NCBI RefSeq assembly: GCF_009914755.1
Contig: NC_060948.1
Direction: 5' to 3' (one strand)
Origin: the human T2T-CHM13v2.0 reference genome, Homo sapiens
Length of the DNA stretch: 64,000 nucleotides
In this document: piece by piece, positions 28,501 to 42,517 of the stretch
How positions within the stretch are numbered: the first letter of the stretch is position 1
Layout of the letters: the number at the start of each line of letters is the position of its first letter
Program-made: the position numbers and the translations under genes
Notes under the pieces: model-generated
Databases searched by the model: none
Told to the model about the DNA's origin: nothing
The model's input: the letters and a program-made list of their open reading frames with translations, nothing else

Positions 28501-30960
28501 GGAATCGAACCACAAGGAATGGAGAGGAATAGGATGGTCTCGAATTGAATGGAATCGTATGGAATGGCATCAAACGGAATGGAATGGACAGCCACGGAAT
28601 GGAATGCACTCGAATGCAATGGAGTCGAAACTAATGGACTGGAATAGAATGGATTCGACTGGTACGGACTCCAATGGAATGGAATCGAATGGAAGGGAAT
28701 CGAACGGAATGGACCCGAAGGGAAAAGACTGCAATGGAAAGGTCTCGAATGGAATGGAAATTAATGGAATGGAATGGAATCGAATGAAATGGAGTCAAAA
28801 GGAATGGAATCGAATGGCAAGAAATCGAATGTAATGGAATCGCAAGGAATTGATGTGAACGGAACGGAATGGAATGGAATCCAAAGGAATGGAATAGAAT
28901 GGAATGGAATCGAATGGAAAGGACTCGAGTGGAAATCACTCGAATAGAATGCAATTTAATAAAATAGGATCAAATGTATTGGAATGGAATGGAAAGGAAT
29001 CGAAACGAAAGGAATGGAGACAGATGGAATGGAATGGAACAGAGAGCAATGGTATAGAATGGAATGGAATCATCTGGAATGGAATTGAATGGAATGGAAT
29101 AATATGAAATGGAATGGAATGGAATGGAATGGAATGCAATGGAATTAAATGGACTGGAATGGAATGGACTCGAACAGAGTGGAATGGAAAGTGTTGAGAT
29201 AGAATGGAATAGACTCGTTTGGAATGGTCTAGTATGCAATGCAATCGACTGGCAGGGAATCAAAAGGAATGTAATGGAATGGATTGGACTGGAATGCAAT
29301 GGACTCGAATAGATTGGAAACGGAATGCAAAGGAATGGAATGGAATAGTATGGAATGGAATGGAAAGGAATGGAGTGGAATAGACTAGAGTGGAATGGAA
29401 TGGACTTGAAAGCAATAGACTGGAATGGAACTTTCTTGAATGGACTGGAATCAAACGGAATGGAATGCAATGCAATCAAATGGCATGGAATAAAATAGAA
29501 TGAAAGAGAATCAAATGGAATTGAATCGAATGGAATCGAATGGATTGGAAAGGAATAGAATGGAATGGAATGGAATTGACTCAAATGGAATGGACTAGAA
29601 TGGAATGGATTCGAATGGAAGGCAAAGGAATGGAATCTATTGGAATGGACTGTAATGGAATGGAATGGAAGGGATTGGAATGGACTCGAATGGAATGGAC
29701 TGCAATAGAAAGGATTCGAATGGAATGAAAAAGAATTGAATGGAATAGAACAGAATGGAATCAAATCGAATGAAATGGAATGGAATAGAAAGGAATGGAA
29801 TGAAATGGAATGGAAAGGATTCGAATGGAATGCAATCGAATGGAATGGAATCGAACGGAATGGAATAAAATGGAAGAAAACTGGCAAGAAATGGAATCGA
29901 AATGAATGGAGTGTTATGGAACGGACTCAAAAGGAATTGAATGTAATAGAATGGAGTGGAGTGGACTCGAATATAATGGACTGGAATGGAATGAAATCAC
30001 ATGGAATGGGAACGAATGGAATGGAATGGAAAGGAATGGAATCGAATGGAAAGGAATCGAATGGAAGGGAATGAAATTGAATCAACAGGAATGGAAGGGA
30101 ATAGAATAGACGGTAATGGAATGGACTCGAATAGAATGGACACGAATGCTCAAATTGAATGGACTCGAATGGAATGGAAACGAAAGGAATGTCATCGAAT
30201 GGAATTGAATCGATTGGAATGAAATCGCATAGAATGGAGTGGAATCAAATGGAATTGAATCGAAAGGAAATGAAGCGAATGGACTGAAATGAAATGGACT
30301 GGAATTGAATGGAAAGTTATGTAATAGAATAGAATGGAACGAAATTTCACGGAATGGAATCAAACTGAATGGAATCAAATCAATGGAATCAAATCAAATG
30401 GAATGGAAAGGAATTGAATGGAGTAGATTGGATTGGATGGGATTGGAATGAAATGTAGTGGAAAGGACTCGAATTTCATGAAACGGAATGCAATGAATTG
30501 GAACGGAAAGGACTCGATTGGAATGGAATGTCATGGAATGGCATCAAATGGAATGGCATCAAATGGAATGGAATCGAATGCAATGGAATGCTATGGAATG
30601 GAATGGAATGCATTGGAATGGAATGTCCTCTAATGGAATGGATTCGAGTGGAATGGAATCGAATATAATGGAGTCGAATGAAATGGAATTGAAAGGAATG
30701 GGATCGAATACAATGGAATATACTGGAATGTAATGTAATGAACTCGAATGTAATTGACTGGAATGGAATGTACATGAATGGAATGTAATCGAATGGAAAG
30801 TAATCCAATGGAATAGAATCTAATGCAATAAAATCGACTCAGATAGAGTAGAATGTAATGGAATGGAGTGCAGTGCCATGGAATGGAATGGAATGGAATG
30901 CAATGGAATGGAATGGAATGCAATGGAATGGAATGGAATGGGATGGAATGGGATGGAATG

Positions 30961-33900
30961 GTGTGGAATGGATAGTAATGGACTGGAGTGAAATGGACTG
31001 GAAAGGAATGGACTCAAATTGAAAGGGCTCGAAAGGAATGGAGTCAAATGGAATGGTCTGGATTGGAATGAACACGAATGTAATGCAATCCAATAGAATG
31101 GAATCGAATGGCATGGAATATAAAGAAATGGAATCGAAGAGAATGGAAACAAATGGAATGGAATTGAATGGAATGGAATTGAATGGAATGGGAACGAATG
31201 GAGTGAAATTGTATGCAGTAGAAGAGAATAGAATGGAATGCAAGCGAAAGGAAAGGAATGGATTGGAATGGAATGGAATTCATTGGAATGGAAGGGAATG
31301 TAGTGTAATGGACAGGCCTGGAATAAAGTGGAATGCTACGGTCTCGAATGGAATAAAAATGTATGGAATGGAATGCAATGAAACGGAATCGAATGTCATA
31401 GAATGTAATGGAATGCAAAAAAATGGAATCCAAAATCATTGACTGGAAAGGCTGGGTGTCGAAAGGAATTGACTCCAATGGAATGGAATCGAATGGAATG
31501 GAAGAGAATAGAATCGAACTAAATCGAATGGAATGGAATTGATAGGAACGGAATGGAAAGGAATGCAATCATTTGGCATGGAATGGAATCGAATGGCATC
31601 GAATGGAATGGAATGGAATGCAATGGAATGGAATGTATTAGAATGTAATGAACTTTAATGGAATGTACTCGAATGGAATCGACTGGAATGGAATGTTCTG
31701 GAAGTGAATGGACTCCAATGGAATGGATTCAAAAGGAATGGAATCGTACGGAATGGAATCTAATGGAATGGAATTAAATGGAAATGAATCAAACTGAATA
31801 GAACGGAATTGAATTGAATGGAATCGAATGCAATGGAATCTAATGAAACGGAAAGGAAAGGAATGGAATGGAATGGAATGGGCTGGAATGGAAAGGAATC
31901 GAAACGAATGGAATGGAATCGAACTGAAGAGACTGGAATGGAATGCACTGGATGGAAGGGAGTGTAATGGAAGGTTCTCGAAAAAAATGGAATCGAATGG
32001 AATGGAATTGAATGGAACGGAATAGAGTCGAATGGAATTGAATGGAATGGAATGGACTAGAGTGAAATGGAATCGAACCACAAGGAATGGACAGGAATAG
32101 AACGGTCTCGAATTGAATGGAATCGTATGGAATGGCATCAAACGGAATGGAATGGACAGCCACGGAATGGAATGCACTCGAATGCAATGGAGTCGAAACT
32201 AATGGACTGGAATAGAATGGACTCGACTGGTACGGACTCCAATGGAATGGAATCGAATGGAAGGGAATCGAACGGAATGGACTCGAAGGGAAAAGACTGC
32301 AATGGAAAGGTCTCGAATGGAATGGAAATTAATGGAATGGAATGGAATCGAATGAAATGGAGTCAAAAGGAATGGAATCGAATGGCAAGAAAACGAATGT
32401 AATGGAATCGCAAGGAATTGATGTGAACGGAACGGAATGGAATGGAATCCAAAGGAATGGAATAGAATGGAATGGAATCGAATGGAAAGGACTCGAATGG
32501 AAATCACTCGAATAGAATGCAATTTAATAAAATAGGACCAAATGTAATGGAATGGAATGGAAAGGAATCGAAACGAAAGGAATGGAGACAGATGGAATGG
32601 AATGGAACAGAGAGCAATGGTATAGAATGGAATGGAATCATCTGGAATGGAATTGAATGGAATGGAATAACATGAAATGGACTGGAATGGAATGGAATGC
32701 CCTTGAATTAAATGGACTGGAATGGAATGGACTCGAACAGAGTGGAATGGAAAGTGTTGAAATAGAATGGAATGGACTGGTTTGGAATGGTCTAGTATGC
32801 AATGCAATCGACTGGCAGGGAATCAAAAGGAATGTAATCGAATGGATTGGACTGGAATGCAATGGACTCGAATAGATTGGAAACGGAATGCAAAGGAATG
32901 GAATGGAATAGTATGGAATGGAATGGAAAGGAATGGAGTGGAATAGACTAGAGTGGAATGGAATGGACTCGAAAGCAATGGACTGGAATGGAACTTTCTT
33001 GAATGGACTGGAATCAAACGGAATGGAATGCAATGCAATCAAATGGCATGGAATAAAATAGAATGAAAGAGAATCAAATGGAATTGAATCGAATGGAATC
33101 GAATGGATTGGAAAGGAATAGAATGGAATGGAATGGAATTGACTCAAATGGAATGGACTAGAATGGAATGGATTCGAATGGAAGGCAAAGGAATGGAATC
33201 TATTGGAATGGACTGTAATGGAATGCAATGGAAGGGATTGGAATGGACTCGAATGGAATGGACTGCAATAGAAAGGATTCGAATGGAATGAAAAAGAATT
33301 GAATGGAATAGAACAGAATGGAATCAAATCGAATGAAATGGAATGGAATAGAAAGGAATGGAATGAAATGGAATGGAAAGGATTCGAATGGAATGCAATC
33401 GAATGGAATGTAATCGAACGCAATGGAATAAAATGGAAGAAAACTGGCAAGAAATGGAATCGAAATGAATGGAGTGTTATGGAACGGACTCAAAAGGAAT
33501 TGAATGTAATAGAATGGAGTGGAGTGGACTCGAATATAATGGACTGGAATGGAATGAAATCACATGGAATGGGAACGAATGGAATGGAATGGAAAGGAAT
33601 GGAATCGAATGGAAAGGAATCGAATGGAAGGGAATGAAATTGAATCAACAGGAATGGAAGGGAATAGAATAGACGGTAATGAAATGGACTCGAATAGAAT
33701 GGACACAAATGCTCAAATTGAATGGACTCGAATGGAATGGAAACGAAAGGAATGTCATCGAATGGAATTGAATCGATTGGAATGAAATAGCATAGAATGG
33801 AGTGGAATCAAATGGAATTGAATCGAAAGGAAAGGAAGCGAATGGACTGAAATGAAATGGAATGGAATTGAATGGAAAGTTATGTAATGGAATAGAATGG

Positions 33901-36900
33901 AACGAAATTTCACAGGATGCAATCAAACTGAATGGAATCAAATCAATGGAATCAAATCAAATGGAATGGAAAGGAATTGAATGGAGTAGATTGGATTGGA
34001 TGGGATTGGAATGAAATGTACTGGAAAGGACTCGAATTTCATGAAACGGAATGGAATGAATTGGAACGGAACGGACTCGAATGGAATGGAATGTCATGGA
34101 ATGGCATCAAATGGAATGGCATCAAATGGAATGGAATCGAATGCAATGGAGTGCTATGGAATGGAATGGAATGCATTGGAATGGAATGTCCTCTAATGGA
34201 ATGGATTCGAGTGGAATGGAATCGAATATAATGGAGTCGAATGAAATGGAATTGAAAGGAATGGGATCGAATACAATGGAATATACTGGAATGTAATGTA
34301 ATGAACTCGAATGTAATTGACTGGAATGGAATGTATATGAATGGAATGTAATTGAATGGAAAGTAATCCAATGGAATAGAATCTAATGCAATAAAATCGA
34401 CTCAGATAGAGTAGAATGTAATGGAATGGAGTGCAGTGCAATGGAATGGAATGGAATGGAATGCAATGGAATGGAATGGAATGGAATGGAATGGGATGGA
34501 ATGGTGTGGAATGGATAGTAATGGACTGGAGTGAAATGGACTGGAAAGGAATGGACTCAAATTGAAAGGGCTCGAAAGGAATGGAGTCAAATGGAATGGT
34601 CTGGATTGGAATGAACACGAATGTAATGCAATCCAATAGAATGGAATCGAATGGCATGGAATATAAAGAAATGGAATCGAAGAGAATGGAAACAAATGGA
34701 ATGGAATTGAATGGAATGGAATTGAATGGAATGGGAACGAATGGAGTGAAATTGTATGCAGTAGAAGAGAATAGAATGGAATGCAAGCGAAAGGAAAGGA
34801 ATGGATTGGAATGGAATGGAATTCATTGGAATGGAAGGGAATGTAGTGTAATGGACAGGCCTGGAATAAAGTGGAATGCTACGGTCTCGAATGGAATAAA
34901 AATGTATGGAATGGAATGCAATGAAACGGAATCGAATGTCATAGAATGTAATGGAATGCAAAAAAATGGAATCCAAAATCATTGACTGGAAAGGCTGGGT
35001 GTCGAAAGGAATTGACTCCAATGGAATGGAATCGAATGGAATGGAAGAGAATAGAATCGAACTAAATCGAATGGAATGGAATTGATAGGAACGGAATGGA
35101 AAGGAATGCAATCATTTGGCATGGAATGGAATCGAATGGCATCGAATGGAATGGAATGGAATGCAATGGAATGGAATGTATTAGAATGTAATGAACTTTA
35201 ATGGAATGTACTCGAATGGAATCGACTGGAATGGAATGTTCTGGAAGTGAATGGACTCCAATGGAATGGATTCAAAAGGAATGGAATCGTACGGAATGGA
35301 ATCTAATGGAATGGAATTAAATGGAAATGAATCAAACTGAATAGAACGGAATTGAATTGAATGGAATCGAATGCAATGGAATCTAATGAAACGGAAAGGA
35401 AAGGAATGGAATGGAATGGAATGGGCTGGAATGGAAAGGAATCGAAACGAATGGAATGGAATCGAACTGAAGAGACTGGAATGGAATGCACTGGATGGAA
35501 GGGAGTGTAATGGAAGGTTCTCGAAAAAAATGGAATCGAATGGAATGGAATTGAATGGAACGGAATAGAGTCGAATGGAATTGAATGGAATGGAATGGAC
35601 TAGAGTGAAATGGAATCGAACCACAAGGAATGGACAGGAATAGAACGGTCTCGAATTGAATGGAATCGTATGGAATGGCATCAAACGGAATGGAATGGAC
35701 AGCCACGGAATGGAATGCACTCGAATGCAATGGAGTCGAAACTAATGGACTGGAATAGAATGGACTCGACTGGTACGGACTCCAATGGAATGGAATCGAA
35801 TGGAAGGGAATCGAACGGAATGGACTCGAAGGGAAAAGACTGCAATGGAAAGGTCTCGAATGGAATGGAAATTAATGGAATGGAATGGAATCGAATGAAA
35901 TGGAGTCAAAAGGAATGGAATCGAATGGCAAGAAAACGAATGTAATGGAATCGCAAGGAATTGATGTGAACGGAACGGAATGGAATGGAATCCAAAGGAA
36001 TGGAATAGAATGGAATGGAATCGAATGGAAAGGACTCGAATGGAAATCACTCGAATAGAATGCAATTTAATAAAATAGGACCAAATGTAATGGAATGGAA
36101 TGGAAAGGAATCGAAACGAAAGGAATGGAGACAGATGGAATGGAATGGAACAGAGAGCAATGGTATAGAATGGAATGGAATCATCTGGAATGGAATTGAA
36201 TGGAATGGAATAACATGAAATGGACTGGAATGGAATGGAATGCCCTTGAATTAAATGGACTGGAATGGAATGGACTCGAACAGAGTGGAATGGAAAGTGT
36301 TGAAATAGAATGGAATGGACTGGTTTGGAATGGTCTAGTATGCAATGCAATCGACTGGCAGGGAATCAAAAGGAATGTAATCGAATGGATTGGACTGGAA
36401 TGCAATGGACTCGAATAGATTGGAAACGGAATGCAAAGGAATGGAATGGAATAGTATGGAATGGAATGGAAAGGAATGGAGTGGAATAGACTAGAGTGGA
36501 ATGGAATGGACTCGAAAGCAATGGACTGGAATGGAACTTTCTTGAATGGACTGGAATCAAACGGAATGGAATGCAATGCAATCAAATGGCATGGAATAAA
36601 ATAGAATGAAAGAGAATCAAATGGAATTGAATCGAATGGAATCGAATGGATTGGAAAGGAATAGAATGGAATGGAATGGAATTGACTCAAATGGAATGGA
36701 CTAGAATGGAATGGATTCGAATGGAAGGCAAAGGAATGGAATCTATTGGAATGGACTGTAATGGAATGCAATGGAAGGGATTGGAATGGACTCGAATGGA
36801 ATGGACTGCAATAGAAAGGATTCGAATGGAATGAAAAAGAATTGAATGGAATAGAACAGAATGGAATCAAATCGAATGAAATGGAATGGAATAGAAAGGA

Positions 36901-38051
36901 ATGGAATGAAATGGAATGGAAAGGATTCGAATGGAATGCAATCGAATGGAATGTAATCGAACGCAATGGAATAAAATGGAAGAAAACTGGCAAGAAATGG
37001 AATCGAAATGAATGGAGTGTTATGGAACGGACTCAAAAGGAATTGAATGTAATAGAATGGAGTGGAGTGGACTCGAATATAATGGACTGGAATGGAATGA
37101 AATCACATGGAATGGGAACGAATGGAATGGAATGGAAAGGAATGGAATCGAATGGAAAGGAATCGAATGGAAGGGAATGAAATTGAATCAACAGGAATGG
37201 AAGGGAATAGAATAGACGGTAATGGAATGGACTCGAATAGAATGGACACAAATGCTCAAATTGAATGGACTCGAATGGAATGGAAACGAAAGGAATGTCA
37301 TCGAATGGAATTGAATCGATTGGAATGAAATAGCATAGAATGGAGTGGAATCAAATGGAATTGAATCGAAAGGAAAGGAAGCGAATGGACTGAAATGAAA
37401 TGGAATGGAATTGAATGGAAAGTTATGTAATGGAATAGAATGGAACGAAATTTCACAGGATGCAATCAAACTGAATGGAATCAAATCAATGGAATCAAAT
37501 CAAATGGAATGGAAAGGAATTGAATGGAGTAGATTGGATTGGATGGGATTGGAATGAAATGTACTGGAAAGGACTCGAATTTCATGAAACGGAATGGAAT
37601 GAATTGGAACGGAACGGACTCGAATGGAATGGAATGTCATGGAATGGCATCAAATGGAATGGCATCAAATGGAATGGAATCGAATGCAATGGAGTGCTAT
37701 GGAATGGAATGGAATGCATTGGAATGGAATGTCCTCTAATGGAATGGATTCGAGTGGAATGGAATCGAATATAATGGAGTCGAATGAAATGGAATTGAAA
37801 GGAATGGGATCGAATACAATGGAATATACTGGAATGTAATGTAATGAACTCGAATGTAATTGACTGGAATGGAATGTATATGAATGGAATGTAATTGAAT
37901 GGAAAGTAATCCAATGGAATAGAATCTAATGCAATAAAATCGACTCAGATAGAGTAGAATGTAATGGAATGGAGTGCAGTGCAATGGAATGGAATGGAAT
38001 GGAATGCAATGGAATGGAATGGAATGGAATGGAATGGAATGGGATGGAATG
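30961..38051 (+). repeat. Recent tandem duplication of one whole DYZ1 unit (30961-34503 and 34504-38051)
   Basis: Offset 3543. About 20 variants that are rare or absent elsewhere are shared, and only two differences were seen. Confidence 0.88.
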
Positions 38052-41000
38052 GTGTGGAATGGATAGTAATGGACTGGAGTGAAATGGACTGGAAAGGAAT
38101 GGACTCAAATTGAAAGGGCTCGAAAGGAATGGAGTCAAATGGAATGGTCTGGAATGGAATGAACACGAATGTAATGCAATCCAATAGAATGGAATCGAAT
38201 GGCATGGAATATAAAGAAATGGAATCGAAGAGAATGGAAACAAATGGAATGGAATTGAATGGAATGGAATTGAATGGAATGGGAACGAATGGAGTGAAAT
38301 TGTATGCAGTAGAAGAGAATAGAATGGAATGCAAGCGAAAGGAAAGGAATGGATTGGAATGGAATGGAATTCATTGGAATGGAAGGGAATGTAGTGTAAT
38401 GGACAGGCCTGGAATAAAGTGGAATGCTACGGTCTCGAATGGAATAAAAATGTATGGAATGGAATGCAATGAAACGGAATCGAATGTCATAGAATGTAAT
38501 GGAATGCAAAAAAATGGAATCCAAAATCATTGACTGGAAAGGCTGGGTGTCGAAAGGAATTGACTCCAATGGAATGGAATCGAATGGAATGGAAGTGAAT
38601 AGAATCGAACTAAATCGAATGGAATGGAATTGATAGGAACGGAATGGAAAGGAATGCAATGATTTGGCATGGAATGCAATCGAATGGCATCGAATGGAAT
38701 GGAATGGAATGCAATGGAATGGAATGTATTAGAATGTAATGAACTTTAATGGAATGTACTCGAATGGATTCGACTGGAATGGAATGTTCTGGAAGTGAAT
38801 GGACTCCAATGGAATGGATTCAAAAGGAATGGAATCGTACGGAATGGAATCTAATGGAATGGAATTAAATGGAAATGAATCAAATTGAATAGCACGGAAT
38901 TGAATTGAATGCAATCGAATGCAATGGAATCTAATGAAACGGAAAGGAAAGGAATGGAATGGAATGGAATGGGCTGGAATGGAAAGGAATCGAAACGAAT
39001 GGAATGGAATCGAACTGAAGAGACTGGAATGGAATGCACTGGAATGGAAGGGAGTGTAATGGAAGGTTCTCGAAAAAAATGGAATCGAATGGAATGGAAT
39101 TGAATGGAACGGAATAGAGTCGAAAGGAATTGAATGGAATGGAATGGACTAGAGTGAAATGGAATCGAACCACAAGGAATGGACAGGAATAGAATGGTCT
39201 CGAATTGAATGGAATCGTATGGAATGGCATCAAACGGAATGGAATGGACAGCCACGGAATGGAATGCACTCGAATGCAATGGAGTCGAAACTAATGGACT
39301 GGAATAGAATGGACTCGACTGGTACGGACTCCAATGGAATGGAATCGAATGGAAGGGAATCGAACGGAATGGAGTCGAAGGGAAAAGACTGCAATGGAGA
39401 GGTCTCGAATGGAATGGAAATTAATGGAATGGAATGGAATCGAATGAAATGGAGTCAAAAGGAATGGAATCGAATGGCAAGAAATCGAATGTAATGGAAT
39501 CGCAAGGAATTGATGTGAACGGAACGGAATGGAATGGAATCCAAAGGAATGGAATAGAATGGAATGGAATCGAATGGAAAGGACTCGAATGGAAATCACT
39601 CGAATAGAATGCAATTTAATAAAATAGGATCAAATGTAATGGAATGGAATGGAAAGGAATCGAAACGAAAGGAATGGAGACAGATGGAATGGAATGGAAC
39701 AGAGAGCAATGGTATAGAATGGAATGGAATCATCTGGAATGGAATTGAATGGAATGGAATAACATGAAATGGACTGGAATGGAATGGAATGCCCTTGAAT
39801 TAAATGGACTGGAATGGAATGGACTCGAACAGAGTGGAATGGAAAGTGTTGAAATAGAATGGAATGGACTGGTTTGGAATGGTCTAGTATGCAATGCAAT
39901 CGACTGGCAGGGAATCAAAAGGAATGTAATCGAATGGATTGGACTGGAATGCAATGGACTCGAATAGATTGGAAACGGAATGCAAAGGAATGGAATGGAA
40001 TAGTATGGAATGGAATGGAAAGGAATGGAGTGGAATAGACTAGAGTGGAATGGAATGGACTGGAAAGCAATGGACTGGAATGGAACTTTCTTGAATGGAC
40101 TGGAATCAAACGGAATGGAATGCAATGCAATCAAATGGCATGGAATAAAATGGAATGAAAGGGAATCAAATGGAATTGAATCGAATGGAATCGAATGGAT
40201 TGGAAAGGAATAGAATGGAATGGAATGGAATTGACTCAAATGGAATGGACTAGAATGGAATGGATTCGAATGGAAGGCAAAGGAATGGAATCTATTGGAA
40301 TGGACTGTAATGGAATGGAATGGAAGGGATTGGAATGGACTCGAATGGAATGGACTGCAATAGAAAGGATTCGAATGGAATGAAAAAGAATTGAATGGAA
40401 TAGAACAGAATGGAATCAAATCGAATGAAATGGAATGGAATAGAAAGGAATGGAATGAAATGGAATGGAAAGGATTCGAATGGAATGCAATCGAATGGAA
40501 TGTAATCGAACGCAATGGAATAAAATGGAAGAAAACTGGCAAGAAATGGAATCGAAATGAATGGAGTGTTATGGAACGGACTCAAAAGGAATTGAATGTA
40601 ATAGAATGGAGTGGAGTGGACTCGAATATAATGGACTGGAATGGAATGAAATCACATGGAATGGGAACGAATGGAATGGAATGGAAAGGAATGGAATCGA
40701 ATGGAAAGGAATCGAATGGAAGGGAATGAAATTGAATCAACAGGAATGGAAGGGAATAGAATAGACGGTAATGGAATGGACTCGAATAGAATGGACACGA
40801 ATGCTCAAATTGAATGGACTCGAATGGAATGGAAACGAAAGGAATGTCATTGAATGGAATTGAATCGATTGGAATGAAATCGCATAGAATGGAGTGGAAT
40901 CAAATGGAATTGAATCGAAAGGAAAGGAAGCGAATGGACTGAAATGAAATGGAATGGAATTGAATGGAAAGTAATGCAATGGAATAGAATGGAACGAAAT

Positions 41001-41472
41001 TTCACGGAATGGAATCAAACTGAATGGAATCAAATCAATGGAATCAAATCAAATGGAATGGAAAGGAATTGAATGGAGTAGATTGGATTGGATGGGATTG
41101 GAATGAAATGTACTGGAAAGGACTCGAATTTCATGAAACGGAATGGAATGAATTGGAACGGAATGGACTCGAATGGAATGGAATGTCATGGAATGGCATC
41201 AAATGGAATGGCATCAAATGGAATGGAATCGAATGCAATGGAATGCTATGGAATGGAATGGAATGCATTGGAATGGAATGTCCTCTAATGGAATGGATTC
41301 GAGTGGAATGGAATCGAATATAATGGAGTCGAATGAAATGGAATTGAAAGGAATGGGATCGAATACAATGGAATATACTGGAATGTAATGTAATGAACTC
41401 GAATGTATTTGACTGGAATGGAATGTACATGAATGGAATGTAATCGAATGGAAAGTAATCCAATGGAATAGA

Positions 41473-41475
41473 ATC
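41473..41475. other. DYZ1/DYZ2 array junction (ATC overlap)
   Basis: DYZ1 normally reads ...CAATGGAATAGAATC-TAATGCAATAAAA. Here it reads ...CAATGGAATAGAATC-ATATATGATATATAAT, switching into the start of the DYZ2 AT tract (normally CAGT-ATC-ATATATAT). Confidence 0.9.

Positions 41476-42517
<1,042 letters not shown>

Larger units (their letters stand above)
1..41475 (+). repeat. DYZ1: DYZ1 satellite array (Y-specific human satellite III, ~3.55-kb unit of diverged GGAAT pentamers; TTCCA on - strand)
   Basis: Continuous degenerate (GGAAT)n. Unique landmarks recur once per unit: AGGCCT (StuI/HaeIII) at 2851, 6430, 9974, 13548, 17097, 20641, 24191, 27745, 31314, 34857, 38405 (periods 3579, 3544, 3574, 3549, 3544, 3550, 3554, 3569, 3543, 3548), with a single GAATTC ~38 bp upstream of each. 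This matches the known ~3.56-kb HaeIII/EcoRI DYZ1 unit, and adjacency to DYZ2 is diagnostic of Yq12. Confidence 0.97.

Noticed and set aside
1-41475. Several AATAAA hexamers per DYZ1 unit as poly(A) signals for a DYZ1 ncRNA
   Set aside because: They are easily generated from GGAAT variants. DYZ1 transcripts have been reported, but no transcript boundaries can be inferred from this sequence.
1-41475. Regular multi-unit higher-order repeat above the 3.55-kb unit
   Set aside because: Variant sharing occurs at offsets of 1, 3 and 4 units with sub-unit breakpoints, so there is no consistent period within this window.
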